A stretch of DNA of 64,000 nt, taken from Octopus sinensis (lineage: Eukaryota). Shown here in pieces: positions 12,850 through 26,111 of this stretch. The translations under genes were made by a program, and so were the position numbers. The first letter of the stretch is position 1, and each line of letters starts with the position of its first letter. The stretch spans positions 144,088,001 through 144,152,000 of the forward strand of contig NC_042997.1 in the NCBI RefSeq assembly GCF_006345805.1. Reading direction: 5' to 3'. The notes under the pieces were generated by a model. The model was given only the letters and a program-made list of their open reading frames with translations, was not told where the DNA came from and did no database searches.

Positions 12850-13259
12850 CTTTTTACGTTTTTCAGTCATTTGACAGCAGCCATACTGGAGCACCACCTT
12901 ACAGGGTTTTTCAGTCGAAGAAATCGACCCCAGGGCTTATTCTTTGCAAACCTAGTACTTATTCTATCGGTGTCTTTTGCCGAATTGCTAAGTTACGGGG
13001 ATGTACACACACCAACATCAGTTGTCAAACGCTGGTAGCGGGGACAAACACACATAATGTCACATACACATAAATATATACATACATATATATACGACGG
13101 GATTCTTTCAGTTTTCGTCTACCAAATTCATTCAGAAGGCTTTGGTCGACTCGAGGTTATAGTAGAAAACACTTGCCCAAGGTGCCACGCAGTGCGACTG
13201 AACCCGTAACCATGTGGCTGGGAAGCAAGCTTCTTACCACACAGTCACACCTGCGCCTA
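12850..13259 (-). mobile_element. tRNA-derived SINE family B (with internal microsatellite)
   Basis: Minus head aggcgcaggtgtgactgtgtggtaag, B box ggttcagtc, CR1-like tail. Confidence 0.9.
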
Positions 13260-13687
13260 ATGCTTACAAGAAACTAATACCTTGTACTAATACGTAATAT
13301 TTCTCAATTCTCAGCATCAATGCCTGGCCTGTTGTACGTATATTTTAGAAAGGTTTTAAGAGGAACATTCCACCAGTATACTTTCAATTGAGCGATCTTT
13401 TCAAATAAGCCAATCACATCGCTGTAAATTCTTATATGTTGATTTTCAAGATTATCCTGCATCAAAAACTCGTGCCGAAAGTAAATACTCAGAGTTGGTA
13501 GTAGGATTTAATAAAATAAACTGTGGAAAATATATAAAAAGATAATGCTTATCAATGCCTTATTTAGAAACAATATATCAACTTATTTTCACAACAAAAA
13601 TATTTACTAGAAGGAAACAGATACACGCATGCGCGCGCGTGCATATAAGTGTGTGTGTGTAAATGTATATGTGTATATGTATATGTG

Positions 13688-13733
<46 letters not shown>

Positions 13734-13744
13734 ATATATCGGTG

Positions 13745-14056
13745 TATGTATGCCATTATTCTATTTTATTTCAAAATTTCTTGCCAATGGAGAAAGAGTC
13801 GGTTTCTAACCGAAATGCAAGGCCCGTTCTTTGGAATTTCAACAACATCAAAATGGTGTTTATGTATGTATGTATTTATATATGTATGTATATAAATACA
13901 TACATACATACATACATAATACATACATACATACATACATACATACATACATACATACATACATACATACATAGAAAAAAATCATTTTGATGTTGTTGAA
14001 ATTCCAAAGAAGGAGCAAGAAATCTTGAAGTAAAACAGAATAATGACATACATACA
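13745..14056. repeat. Head-to-head pair of family F (ACAT-bounded) repeats forming an imperfect palindrome
   Basis: 13745-13870 is the reverse complement of about 13965-14056, with an internal deletion of roughly 40 bp in the right copy. Confidence 0.8.
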
Positions 14057-14059
14057 TGC

Positions 14060-15432
14060 AAAACCAATTCAGATTTTCTTCCAGAGCTTCCTCGAAACTG
14101 GGAGACTTCCCAAGAAGTTGAAAGAAGGCATAATATGTCATATCCATAACAGAGGTAACAGAGCAGATGCTAAAAATGATAGACCTGTCTCTCTAATCTC
14201 CCATGTCAGCAAAGTCACGGAACGCATTTTCTGGAAGAAACTGGTAGCGTTCCTTAAATATAATGACTTGCTCCCTGACATCCAGCATGGCTTACACACA
14301 GGAAGAAGCTGCCTTACCCAGCTTTTGCATTATCATGAATGGGTGTTGAAACAATTAATGACTCACTCAAACGTGAACGTGATATATCTTGATTTTGCAA
14401 AAGCCTTTGATAAGGTTGATCATGGGATGAAATGTCACATGGTACGGAGGCTTGGCATAGCCGGGACTGGGTGAGCGATTGCATGACTTCTTAAGAGACA
14501 GAAACCAGGCTGTGGAAGTCAATTGACCCCTCTCCAAGAAGTCATTAATAGAAAGTAGAGTTCCTCAGGGAACTGTATTGGGGCCGCTGCTGTTCATGGT
14601 GACTCTTTCAGACATGTTATCAGTTACATAGATATCACACTTACTAGCTACGCCGTTGACACAAAAGTAGTACAAACCGTCAAAGAACCTTCTGATGCTA
14701 CTCTCCTACAGAAAGAGCTAGATGCCATATACAGATTGGCGTCTTATATGCATATCACCAAAATGATGGCAATGTGCAGACGAATGGCAGGATGGATTTT
14801 GAGAACTTTCAGAGCAAGGGACCAGGAAATTATGCTGGTTCTATGGGGGACATTTGTACTCAGTCGTCTGGACCACTGCTCTCAACTGTGGTCATCTTAC
14901 AGTGTCAAATTAATTGCAGAACTTGAGGCAGTTCAGCGGTGTTACACCAGGAAGATTGCACCAAGGGAACGACTGAGTTATTTGGAGGGACTGAAAGTGC
15001 TACGACTCTACACCCTGGAGCAAAGACGGAAGAGGTATGCAGTTATATATGTTTGGGAGATCCTGGCACCAAATTTTCTTATCGAGAGCTACACCAGACC
15101 AGAACTATACGTCACTGCACTGTTCCAAAGGTCCTAGCTATCCCGTCTAGAGTGAGGACCATGTACTGCAATAGCTTGCGATTCATACTATTTAACGCCT
15201 TCCCCAAAAATCTGAAGATCTTCATGGAGTAGGGGTAAATGCTTTCAAAAAACAACTTGACCTCCTGCTATCCAAGGTCCCAGATGAACCGATATCAAGG
15301 CAGGAAACCCAAAAGAAGGTAGCAGTGTGCAACTACCTCCTTCACCAAAAGCCAATCACATAAAATTGGTCATTGAAAGGGTGATTACACAGGTGGTGCT
15401 TTAGGGCTGAAACAAGTAAAAGAGTAAAAGAG
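14060..15432 (+). mobile_element. CR1-group LINE, 5'-truncated RT pseudogene with (AGTAAAAG)n tail
   Basis: RPVSLISHVSK, QHG..GRSCLTQLL, IYLDFAKAFDKVDH, VPQGTVLGPLLF, SRLDHCSQLWS, LKVLRLYTLEQRRKRY; stops and frameshifts. Confidence 0.92.
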
Positions 15433-15474
15433 AATATATATATGTGTATATATATATATATGTGTGTGTGTGTG

Positions 15475-15534
<60 letters not shown>

Positions 15535-15539
15535 ATATA

Positions 15540-15730
15540 ATCAGCGACAGGAGCCGTATTAATTACTAAAGGGTATTATATCTATGAAGATACATCCGAA
15601 AATCAACGAACGTTCGTAGAGTAGATATAAAAGAAAATATGTAAATAGGAGAGAATGGATTGAGAAAATACGCTATATCGCATGATACTACAATTGTTTC
15701 ATCCTTACTTTACCAATAGATGATTGCCGA
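15540..15730 (-). mobile_element. Probable Penelope-like pLTR remnant next to (TA)n
   Basis: Minus strand GAAACAATTGTA (hammerhead stem III and cleavage triplet only); the same motif occurs at 63915-63935. Confidence 0.4.
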
Positions 15731-15989
15731 ATTATTATTGTATAATAGCTACATTAAATTTATCATATTACATCTGTATTATTACGGCAACACTGGTGAA
15801 TGAAGGCTTGTCAGGTATGAACGCAAAATGTTTGCTAAATTAAACCTTGTTCCACAGAATATATGTCTTAGCACATAAAAAAAAAGTAAGACCAAATACC
15901 ACTTAATCATTAACTACTAACACAGAGTGAATGAAGAAAAATAATAGAAGTAGACTAATCAAAAAAAATAAAAACTAAAAATCCAATCT

Positions 15990-16042
<53 letters not shown>

Positions 16043-16499
16043 TATTGCTATTTTTGCACTTACATAAAATAAGTATATTTTCAAATTAACGAAAGCGAAA
16101 CACATACAACATAAACATCGTAACACGTACGTCAGTTATTGGTTCCTAGAAAAACGACGCAACGTGAAGAAACATTTAAAAAACTGATAGCTTGAATCTA
16201 TTCTAATAAATGGTTTGTACTGATTTTCACAAGTATTTGATTTCATTTTCTACTTCAGTATTGGTTTTTAAGTGGGTTTTTTTTCATATATGTTTGCTGA
16301 GACCGACGTAAAATCAGATAAATCGATTGAAGTTGAGATTTATTTCTTCCGTTAATTTCTTAAAAAAAATCAAACGAGGTAAAGTCGAAAAAGACATAAC
16401 TCGAACCGATTTAAGTTAAGGTATTCCTATATAAGAATTGAAAAACTTAGATCGATCGAAATTATCCAACTAATTGACAAAATAAAAATCCCTTTAGAG

Positions 16500-16727
16500 A
16501 TTTTTAATATTGGTTTCAAATGTTTGCACAAGACCAGCAAGTTCGGATAAAGGAGAAAATCGATTACATGACCCCAGTGTTTCACTGGTACATATTTTAT
16601 CGATTCCAAAGGGAAGAAAGGTAAAGTCGATCACAGCACAGTTTGAAATCAGCGTGTAAAGACAAGCAAAATACCACTAAGCATTTTGTCCGGCATGCTA
16701 ATGATTCTACCAATTTGCCATCTTAGA
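16500..16727 (-). mobile_element. SINE family A
   Basis: Similarity to other copies. Confidence 0.8.
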
Positions 16728-16764
16728 TGGTTTTTAATAGTAAAAAATAAATAAAAACATAGAC

Positions 16765-16915
16765 GTTGGCATTGTTGTGTGGTTCGCAACCACGGGCTCA
16801 TAGGTTGAGCCCCACTGTGTAGCACTCCCAGTAAGTGTCTTCTACTCTAGCTCTGCGCTAATCGATACCTTGTGAGTGAATTTGGTAAACAGAAACTGTG
16901 TGGAAGTCCAGCATA
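16765..16915 (+). mobile_element. SINE family B, degraded 5' half
   Basis: cccactgtgtagcac..aagtgtcttctact..gtgagtgaatttggtaaacagaaactg. Confidence 0.65.
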
Positions 16916-16989
16916 CACACACACACATATATTCATCATCATTATCATCATCATCATTCCTATCATCAGTTCTATGTTCAAGAGATGAG

Positions 16990-17138
16990 GAATTATGTAC
17001 ATTATTTACATTTGACGGATATTTGTCTTCATCTTGTTTGTTGTTATCACAACGTTTCGGCTGATGTAACCTCTAGCTTTAATCAGGAGTCTTGGCGAAA
17101 TTTCGAACCTGGGTTCTCATTCCTAAGGTATTTTTCGA

Positions 17139-17150
<12 letters not shown>
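16990..17150 (-). mobile_element. Penelope-like pLTR fragment with decayed hammerhead (core CTGATTA)
   Basis: Minus: ctcCTGATTAaagctagaggttacatcagccGAAACGTTgtg; same family as 60960-61105. Confidence 0.6.
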
Positions 17151-17214
<64 letters not shown>

Positions 17215-17493
17215 GAGTGAGAGAGCAGTGCATGCCATCAAAGTGACACTGGGGTAAAATATACGAAGTCCAGTATACCCATAATGACCACCCATCTGAT
17301 AAGGGTACCTCGGGCACATGCATCACAACCATATGTGCACGACATGGTGATCTCATATCAAGACAAACAGTGCATGACCTTGCAGGTGGGGCCCAGTTAG
17401 AATTTTCTTCTGGTCGAGTAACCCTGAATAAGGGTTGTTTAAGGATTTTGAACAAAACACCCATGTTTCCAGAGGTGAATTATTCAAACTCCA
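17215..17493 (-). mobile_element. Family C element, truncated and internally deleted
   Basis: High similarity to 21696-22254; abuts an (ATT)n tract. Confidence 0.85.
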
Positions 17494-18686
17494 AATTTAG
17501 CGGTCGGCAATTCTATATGCAGCCGAACTCAGCTATTACGTTCTGTGTCACGCTGAATCCCACTGAGTACTACGTTAAGGGCACGCGTGTCTGTGGAGTG
17601 CTCAGTCACTTTTACGTTAATTTCACGAGCAGGATGCTCCTTTCATCGAACCCACTGGAATTCTCGTCGTTTTAACCGAAGGAGTGCCAGTTTTTATTCA
17701 CATTCTATTTTTTTTAATTCTGTCTCTATAAGTCACCTAAGTACTGGAGTATTGGTTTGACTAACTTCACTAACGAAGATAAATAATTCTAGGTATTAGT
17801 CTACTTCTAAAGTTCACACTCACTCCCTCCTGCATTCCAAATTGATAGCACAACACACTGAAGAATTATTAAATTCATTTCCGGACACTTCGAGATTTTT
17901 TCTCTTTCTCTCTGTCTCTCTCTCTCTCTGTTTCTCTCGTGCTTTTTTCCTTCATTAATCAATTAATTAATTAACACTAGTAGCTAGAATTTAGCAGTAT
18001 TTAGCTAGCTTCAAATAAGTGAAAAAAAAACTAAAAAAAACATAAAACAACAAAACCACTCCCGCAAACACTGGCGCCACCGCAACCGCCACCACTACTA
18101 AAAACAATAACAAATTAAATGAGTCAACGAGGAAACTATGACAACGAGTCATTTAAAACATCCTTAAATCTTCAGTTGTGAAATCTCTGATTTTCTTAAA
18201 CATATGAACAACATGTTGCTTAAGGTTAACCTTTAGACCACCAACGAAAAATATCCGGAATTGTACTAGAATACTACCAATGACCTGATTCACTTTTAAA
18301 TGCTATTAATTCATTTAAATCACGATGCTGTCTCCCTTGCTATTTTTTTTTACCAAAATTAATCATCAATATATATTCTTCCTCATTACCAATGTGATTT
18401 TAATTAACTATTTTGGTTTCATCCCCTCATGATCCTACCCACTTTGCAATTTGGTGTGTAGGTGTGTGTCATCTAGTTTTACTAATTTGAAGTCTTCCTG
18501 CACGGGCGAAGCTGGTTTCTAACAAAGATACAAAATCCCATTGATAGAATGTAGAATTCAAAAACAATATTACATGCTGAACTTCAGATAAATTTCGCAT
18601 ATTTTTACTGTTCTGCGTACAGGTTGTATTTCTAACGTGCATGTTTCTGAAAACTGTAGCTTTTCTAGATTATCACCGAGACCTGT

Positions 18687-18734
<48 letters not shown>

Positions 18735-20289
18735 ATATGTTTGCACCATCTTAGTTCTAGTGATAAACTGTTTCACAGATGAGTTCTCATAATACTGAAA
18801 CATAACCGTAGTCCAGTTTAATACCACTACCTGGCATCTGGAGCAGCATTAGGGACGGCCACCCTGTCGCAAGCTTTTATGCCAGTTTTATGGTTTGAAG
18901 AAATAGTCTTCACTCCCCTCCCACCTGTCTTGGAGGCCCTGTAATGAGTTATGGGTGCTATTTTACACCTGACTAAAAGTTAACATAAAACATATATTCC
19001 GGGTTTTTGTTGACCTGAGTTAATCATTAAGATTGAAGACATTTTTCTCCGTATTATGGGTGTAATTTAATTAAAGTATCTAGGCTTATTACATTTTCTG
19101 TGTTAGCGCCAACCTTACTATTTGCTTTTCATACAGCAGGCATCGCCAGGTATTCCCCCGCCGCAGTCATTCTTCTAACTCACGGATCAGTAACTTCTCT
19201 TTTGTAATGGTCCACTTTCTATTATTTATCTTATACCTGTCTGTGGTACACTTGCATATTATATCATACCTTCTGTAGACAAATATCCTTGTGTATCTAC
19301 CTTGCTTTATTTCCATCACTGGCAATGTTTATACAAGTAAAAGTATTAAGCAAATCGTGTCATAAAACAGTTTAAAAACTATTAATAGCCATACGGTTCA
19401 CAAATACATTGAATTTGGAAACATTTTAGAAAAAGTCCGAGGCTCTCATAGAACACCTCAGTAGTACAATTGTGGATCGCCGACTCTGGTCAAATGACAC
19501 CGCATTGTTATAAACAGCAGTCAAATACTTTGTTTTGATCATTTAAATGCCGTGGACTACTTAAAAAGATCTGACAGTATAAGTACTATGATAAGAGCCG
19601 GATCACAGAGGCGGTAACAGATTCTGTAGAATGCACGGCAAAATTGTCAAAGGGTATTTATTTATATCTTATGTCTAGAGTCGAAATCATACTGCCGTCA
19701 ACATCATTTCTTATCCACTTTGAAATTAATTAATTAAATATAGTAACATACTTCGTCTTTTTCTAGCTTGTAGGTAGTGGTGAATAGTAAATATCACAAG
19801 AGCGACGAATAAAATGCCTCTACATTTCGAGTTCAAATCGCGTTCAGGTCAACCTTGATTTTCATCCTTCTCTTTTTGATTTTTGCTTCTGTAACTACTT
19901 CGTGCCAGCTATATCTGTTTTATGCTTTCTTTGGACAGTTCTTGTGATGAAAAGAAGTTCCTAGACTCTGATTTATGTCTTGTCTTGAGTGTATCGACGT
20001 GTTTTCATAGGTGAAACTTTCTACGTGAGAAAGCGTTTTTCTTTCAGTCTCTAGCCAACGACATGATGCTTAAGTGAAAACTTTCTTCTATTACTGTGTA
20101 GTGGGAGAGTATCAGAGAGTAATCTACCGTCACTAATATGTCATGTGAGTAAGAGCATACTTCTCGAACTGTGTAGTATGACAAAATGAATATCTTTCGG
20201 AGAACAGGGAGCTCTATAAGGAGTCAGACATACGTCAGAAAGTGAGTGTGAGAGAGAAAAAGAGAGAGAGAGAGAGGGAAGAATAAATT

Positions 20290-20385
20290 CCAGCATCTTA
20301 GTGGGTCTTTATTGACCCTGGGGGGATAAAAAAAATTAAGTTAGCCTCGACGGAATTTTAACTCAGGACACAAGACGCCGGAACA
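20290..20385 (-). mobile_element. SINE family A fragment
   Basis: tattgaccctggggg..cctcgacggaattttaactcagg. Confidence 0.6.
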
Positions 20386-21695
20386 GTTAATAACATGACA
20401 TTTATGTTAATCACCACTCCTGTTATCTTGAAAACTGAAACTGCATAGGGAGTAAGTGTAAAATGAGTACGAGGGGTGAAATAAGAAATAATTGATTTCT
20501 TGTTATTTTTCCCTACCTGTTTGCAACCATTATATCAAAAAATATTGCACCATCGTTTTGTACAGTTTGCGTCAGCTTCGAGAGTTAAAACTAGTTTGTT
20601 GTTGGAGTTAGGAGACCTTGAAATAAAAATCAGCTGACAGCTTCTTTTTTCAAGAAATATTTCCTCAGCTTTGACCCGACTGTAATTGAGGTTGCTAATA
20701 TAATTTTATATTATAAAAGAGATTATCTCCGTCTTTCTGTCCATTACAGCATCTATTAGACAGTGGGAAGAAGAGGAGGAATCAAAAGAGGAGATAACCT
20801 TTATCTCAACGTATATTTAGAAGAAAAGAAGGAGAAAAAGCTGTGGTTGAGAGAGAGAGGAATACAAATAAACAGATAGATAACTTACAACTTTTGATTA
20901 AAAACGCGGGAATTTTAAGTGCAAGTCTGTCCACACAACACAGTTCATAAATCATTATTTCTACAAGATAGGAAAGTTGAACTTTAAACTTTTATGCTTC
21001 CTTTTTCTTCTTTTTCTTCATCTCCTTTTTCCTTTACTCCTGTCCTCTATGTCATCATTTCGTTAATTTATACCCTTCTTATTTTCCCTATTTATCTCCG
21101 ATGACGGAATATTCCATACTCTGGAATATCCAGAAACAGCTGTAAGACTTTGAATTTTTTTTCTAATAATAATAATGTATATGACTTGAGATGTTTGGTT
21201 TGTCTTAACGAAAATAGCTTGTGTTGAGTTTTTAGATTTAGTCGAATTTCGTTAATAACAAGTGCCATTTTTCCATGATCCTCTTTCATTTGATCTTGGT
21301 ATTTCAAATTTTTATTGTATTTCTAATCCTTCTGATGGTCGAGGATGGATACTGATATGTAGGAGTATTCTGTTAATTATAATTCTGGAGAATTGGAGAA
21401 ACGAACTTATTTTGTTTTACTCATTTTGTCCCGCCTACATTTGTCTTTTTGTGTGTACAAAGAGAACGGAGTTCATTTTCTGAAACAGTGTTCTGAATAT
21501 GTTATATTGTTTTTAATGCATTTAGTGAAGGTCATTTGCTTTACTCATATAGTTTTTGTAGGGTAAAACATTTGTAAGAGTAAATTTTTCCTCTCACAGT
21601 CAAAATTGCAGTAAATATTATTTATTGTGCCCTACCCACAATATTATTAGTTATTGTTATATTTGGAGATGATCATCATTATTATTATTATTATT

Positions 21696-22351
<656 letters not shown>

Positions 22352-22678
22352 TTGCCAAATAAACACACGCACTATATATTCGTTCTTCGGTTCAATTTTA
22401 ATACTGTCCTTATGTTACTGTCTCTTTTCTGGAAATCTTTCGCCACCCATCCTGTGATCTCTTCAGCGACTCTTCATCTCACATGTCTCCTCCTGTTCTG
22501 TTTAGTCCGACTCTAAATTAAGAACAATAATAAAACAGAAGTGAAGAACGAATATAGTGAAAAAAGAAAGATAAACAAAAAAAACCCATTCCGAAATATA
22601 AGAATATCGGTTTCAACACACGATTTCACATCAAGAATTTGCAACACAAACACATAAACGTGTATGTATGTATGCATT

Positions 22679-22732
<54 letters not shown>

Positions 22733-22734
<2 letters not shown>

Positions 22735-22913
22735 GGAGTAAGCATATAAATGTGAAACAAGGTAGAAAAAGAGTACTCAAATACCAGGAGTAGAGTAATA
22801 TGTTTTGTATGCCCGTTCGTCGAACAGTTTTGTTTCTGCAAAACTGTCCGACGAACGGAAACGTGAAACTCTGAGTAACAGCTTTTGTTATATTTCTGCT
22901 GCTTTTAAATAAA

Positions 22914-22917
<4 letters not shown>
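22733..22917. mobile_element. Penelope-like pLTR fragment with internal inversion, embedded in (TA)n
   Basis: 20-bp inverted repeat 22813-22832/22839-22858; hammerhead motif; AATAAA at the end; second copy at 60775-60855. Confidence 0.7.
22844..22887 (+). ncRNA. Minimal type-I hammerhead ribozyme motif (CCGACGA core variant)
   Basis: Stem I CTGT/ACAG, core CCGACGA, stem II ACG-GAAA-CGT, GAAA, palindromic stem III ACTC-T-GAGT, GUA triplet. Confidence 0.72.
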
Positions 22918-22948
<31 letters not shown>

Positions 22949-23026
22949 TACACATATATATATTCACACACATTTATACGCACACACATTATACATACAC
23001 ACACATTATACATACACACACACACA

Positions 23027-23069
<43 letters not shown>

Positions 23070-23106
23070 TTAAAAAAGGAGATGTGGAACATGAGTTGTG
23101 ATATAT

Positions 23107-23341
23107 AAAAAAGGAAATGAAGAAAATGCTGACAAAATAATTTAAGTAATTTAAGTAATTTAATTAGGTGAAGTTCTTTTTACCGGTTGCGCATTTGTTA
23201 TGCTTATCAAAAGTTTTTTCCTCTTATCTCAGATAAGAGGAAAAAACTTTTGATAAGCATAACAAATGCGCAACCGGTAAAAAGAACTTCACCTAATTAA
23301 ATTACTTAAATTATTTTGTCAGCATTTTCTTCATTTCCTTT

Positions 23342-23342
<1 letters not shown>
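23107..23342. repeat. Near-perfect palindrome (about 112-bp arms, 1-nt spacer at 23230) made from a pLTR-like sequence
   Basis: Arms are exact reverse complements except for a 9-bp tandem duplication (ttaagtaat) in the left arm. Confidence 0.92.
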
Positions 23343-23400
<58 letters not shown>

Positions 23401-23529
23401 TATATATATTCTTGAGCCCTAGTACTGATAGGGCCAGTTACTCGCCTTTCCATCGCGTATAAGTGACCGAGATCACAACATTCCCGTGAACGGGGTGCCG
23501 GTCCATTGCAGGTTTCAAGGCAAACAGTT

Positions 23530-23720
23530 TTGAGAGGAGGGGAGAAGTCGATTACATCGACCTTCGTACTTGACTACTACTTGATCTTATCGACCTCCAA
23601 AGGAGGATGTAAAGCAGAGTGCACTTCGGCGGGATTTGAACTCAGACCATAAAGAACCTGAAGAAATGCACCAAAGCATTTTGATCGACGCACTAACAAT
23701 TCTACCACCCTCGCCGCATT
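23530..23720 (-). mobile_element. SINE family A
   Basis: Similarity to other copies. Confidence 0.75.
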
Positions 23721-24829
23721 ACTGTCACTATATCTTGTCAATAAAATAAGTTATCACTTATGTCAATATGAACCCCTTTCCCTGACTGTCTCCACGTCTA
23801 TATTCATGTTTCAGAGCAGGACTCTGAACTTCACATTGAGTCACGTTGCAAGTCCGGGGAGAATTGACACAGAAATATGTGTTGGGATTGTTATGTCGAG
23901 AAGTGTCGCTAGTGATTGACTAGCGTCCCATTGTGAACGGGAAATCGGAACAGGGCGTTAGCCATACCCTCTTCATCACCATCATTATCATCATTGTTAT
24001 AATGATGCGATGAAGGCGCATGACCTAGTTATTAAGGCGTTGTACTGACGAGCGTAAGATCGTGGTTTTGATTCCCAGACCGGCGGTGCATTGAATATCA
24101 CTTTACATTCTGGGTTCAAATCGCATCGAGGCTAACCTCTATTTTCATACACCTCTCTTTTTGACTTTTGCTTTTGTAACCGTTTCATGGCGGCCATACT
24201 TATAGTTTTTTTTGGTTTTTTGTAGTCAGTTCTTATGACATGCTTGATGGAATGAGCAAAACACTTATTTCCCGTTGCTTCAGTCTGCTTGGTTGTAAAT
24301 GAGTTCAGGACCGGTGTGCTTAGGTCCGGCGCCCCGTTCAGAGCTGGTGTCCCGTTCAGTGGTGACGCGGCCTGTTGTAATCTTAGTCACTTTATTCTTA
24401 ACGAAGAAGTTAACCCTACGACGGACCCGCATTCCGTTCAGTGTGTTGCAATCTTAGTCCCTTTATGTGCTATGTAAACCGGGTTGAGTTCCGGATTTAT
24501 GAGTCCTGTGGTTCATGATACATTTAAATCTAGTCTAAATTAAGTCTATAATGATGTGATCTTACGTAATCACTTGGTCTGCTACAAATAGCAGTCAAAT
24601 CTTCTTCAGCACTGTTTTTAAAAAGAAAATGTAAGTGGGGTACAAAGGAGATAGTAAGTCCTAGTTTCTCTTCCAAAAGAGTATGTTAGTCCAACGCATC
24701 GGAGTTGACCGGGAACTAAGTAACACCACCGCCACCACCACCACCATCACCACAGTCATCCTCATAATCGTCATCGTAGCCACTCTCGTCTCCACTGCTA
24801 CCGTCATCATTATTAGCATTCTCAATAAA

Positions 24830-25240
24830 ATGGCGAAGTGGCAGACTCGTTAACGCCCGAGCAAAATGTTTAGCGGTATTTCGTCCGTCTTTATGTTTTG
24901 AGTTCAAATTCCGCTGAAGTCGACTTTGTCTTTTATCCTTTCTCAATCCATATAAGTACCAACTGAGCACTGGAGTCGATGTCATCAACTTACCCCTCCC
25001 CCGAAATTGCTGGCTTTGTACCAAAATTTGAAACCATTATTATCATTCTCAATAGGGCGGCGAGCTGGCAGAATCATTAGCGCGCCGCACAAAATGCTAA
25101 GCGGCATTTCGTTCGTCTTTACGTTCTGAGTTCAAACTCCGTCGAGGTCGCCTTTGTCTTTCATCTTTTCGGTGGCGATGAAATAAATACCAGTCGCGTA
25201 CTGGGGTCGATATAAATGACTTACCCCTTTCCCTAAAGTT
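24830..25240 (+). mobile_element. Two tandem SINE family A copies (about 24830-25040 and 25055-25240)
   Basis: Two heads ggcgaagtggcagactcgtt and ggcggcgagctggcagaatc, each with a B box. Confidence 0.88.
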
Positions 25241-25559
25241 AGAATTATAATAAAATGGATGATCATTCTCAGTATCATTTTATGCAATGTCGATATCAAC
25301 ATGAAAACAACATTTTAAAACAATTTGTAAATATATTTTTCTTAAATTCGGGATAAAGACATTCTCAAACAGTGATAATCGGGATAGCTATGGTTTATAC
25401 CTTATAATACTTACCACACACGTTGAATAATCTACGTTATTATATGTTCTTTATCAGTTTGTCAGTTTAATTTAACCTCCTTTTCCAGTCGGATATTGCG
25501 CAATAAACTTACTGTGTATGTTTGACATCCATATGTCTATCTCTCAATAAATCAATCTG

Positions 25560-25746
25560 TCAATCAACGAATTAATATGTCTATTTATCTATGTCTGTCT
25601 GTATGTTTTTCTGTCTACCTTTCAACAAATCTACCTATCTATCTAATTGCTTCTCAACAAACCAATCTATTTATCCGTTTACCTCTCAACAAATCTTCCT
25701 GTCTATTTATCTATGTCTGTATTTCTGTTTGTCTACCTCTCTATAA

Positions 25747-25827
<81 letters not shown>

Positions 25828-25934
25828 ATTAATTAATTAACAAACCAATCTATTTATCTGTCTGTTTACCTTCAACAAATCTTTGTCTATCTATGTATCT
25901 TTCTGTCTACCTCTCTATAAAGCTATCTACTTAC

Positions 25935-26004
<70 letters not shown>

Positions 26005-26005
26005 G

Positions 26006-26036
<31 letters not shown>

Positions 26037-26037
26037 G

Positions 26038-26111
<74 letters not shown>

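Noticed and set aside
13305-13508. About 68-codon open frame on the minus strand (..QDNLENQHIRIYSDVIGLFEK..)
   Set aside because: No recognisable homology, weak splice sites, and open frames of this length are expected by chance in 64 kb
19120-19195. Possible micro-exon (tttcatacag|caggcatcgccag|gtattc)
   Set aside because: Splice-like motifs alone are not sufficient evidence
21092-21480. Coding-like stretch on the minus strand (ORF 21092-21307)
   Set aside because: No motif recognised and stops in all extended frames; possibly a decayed TE
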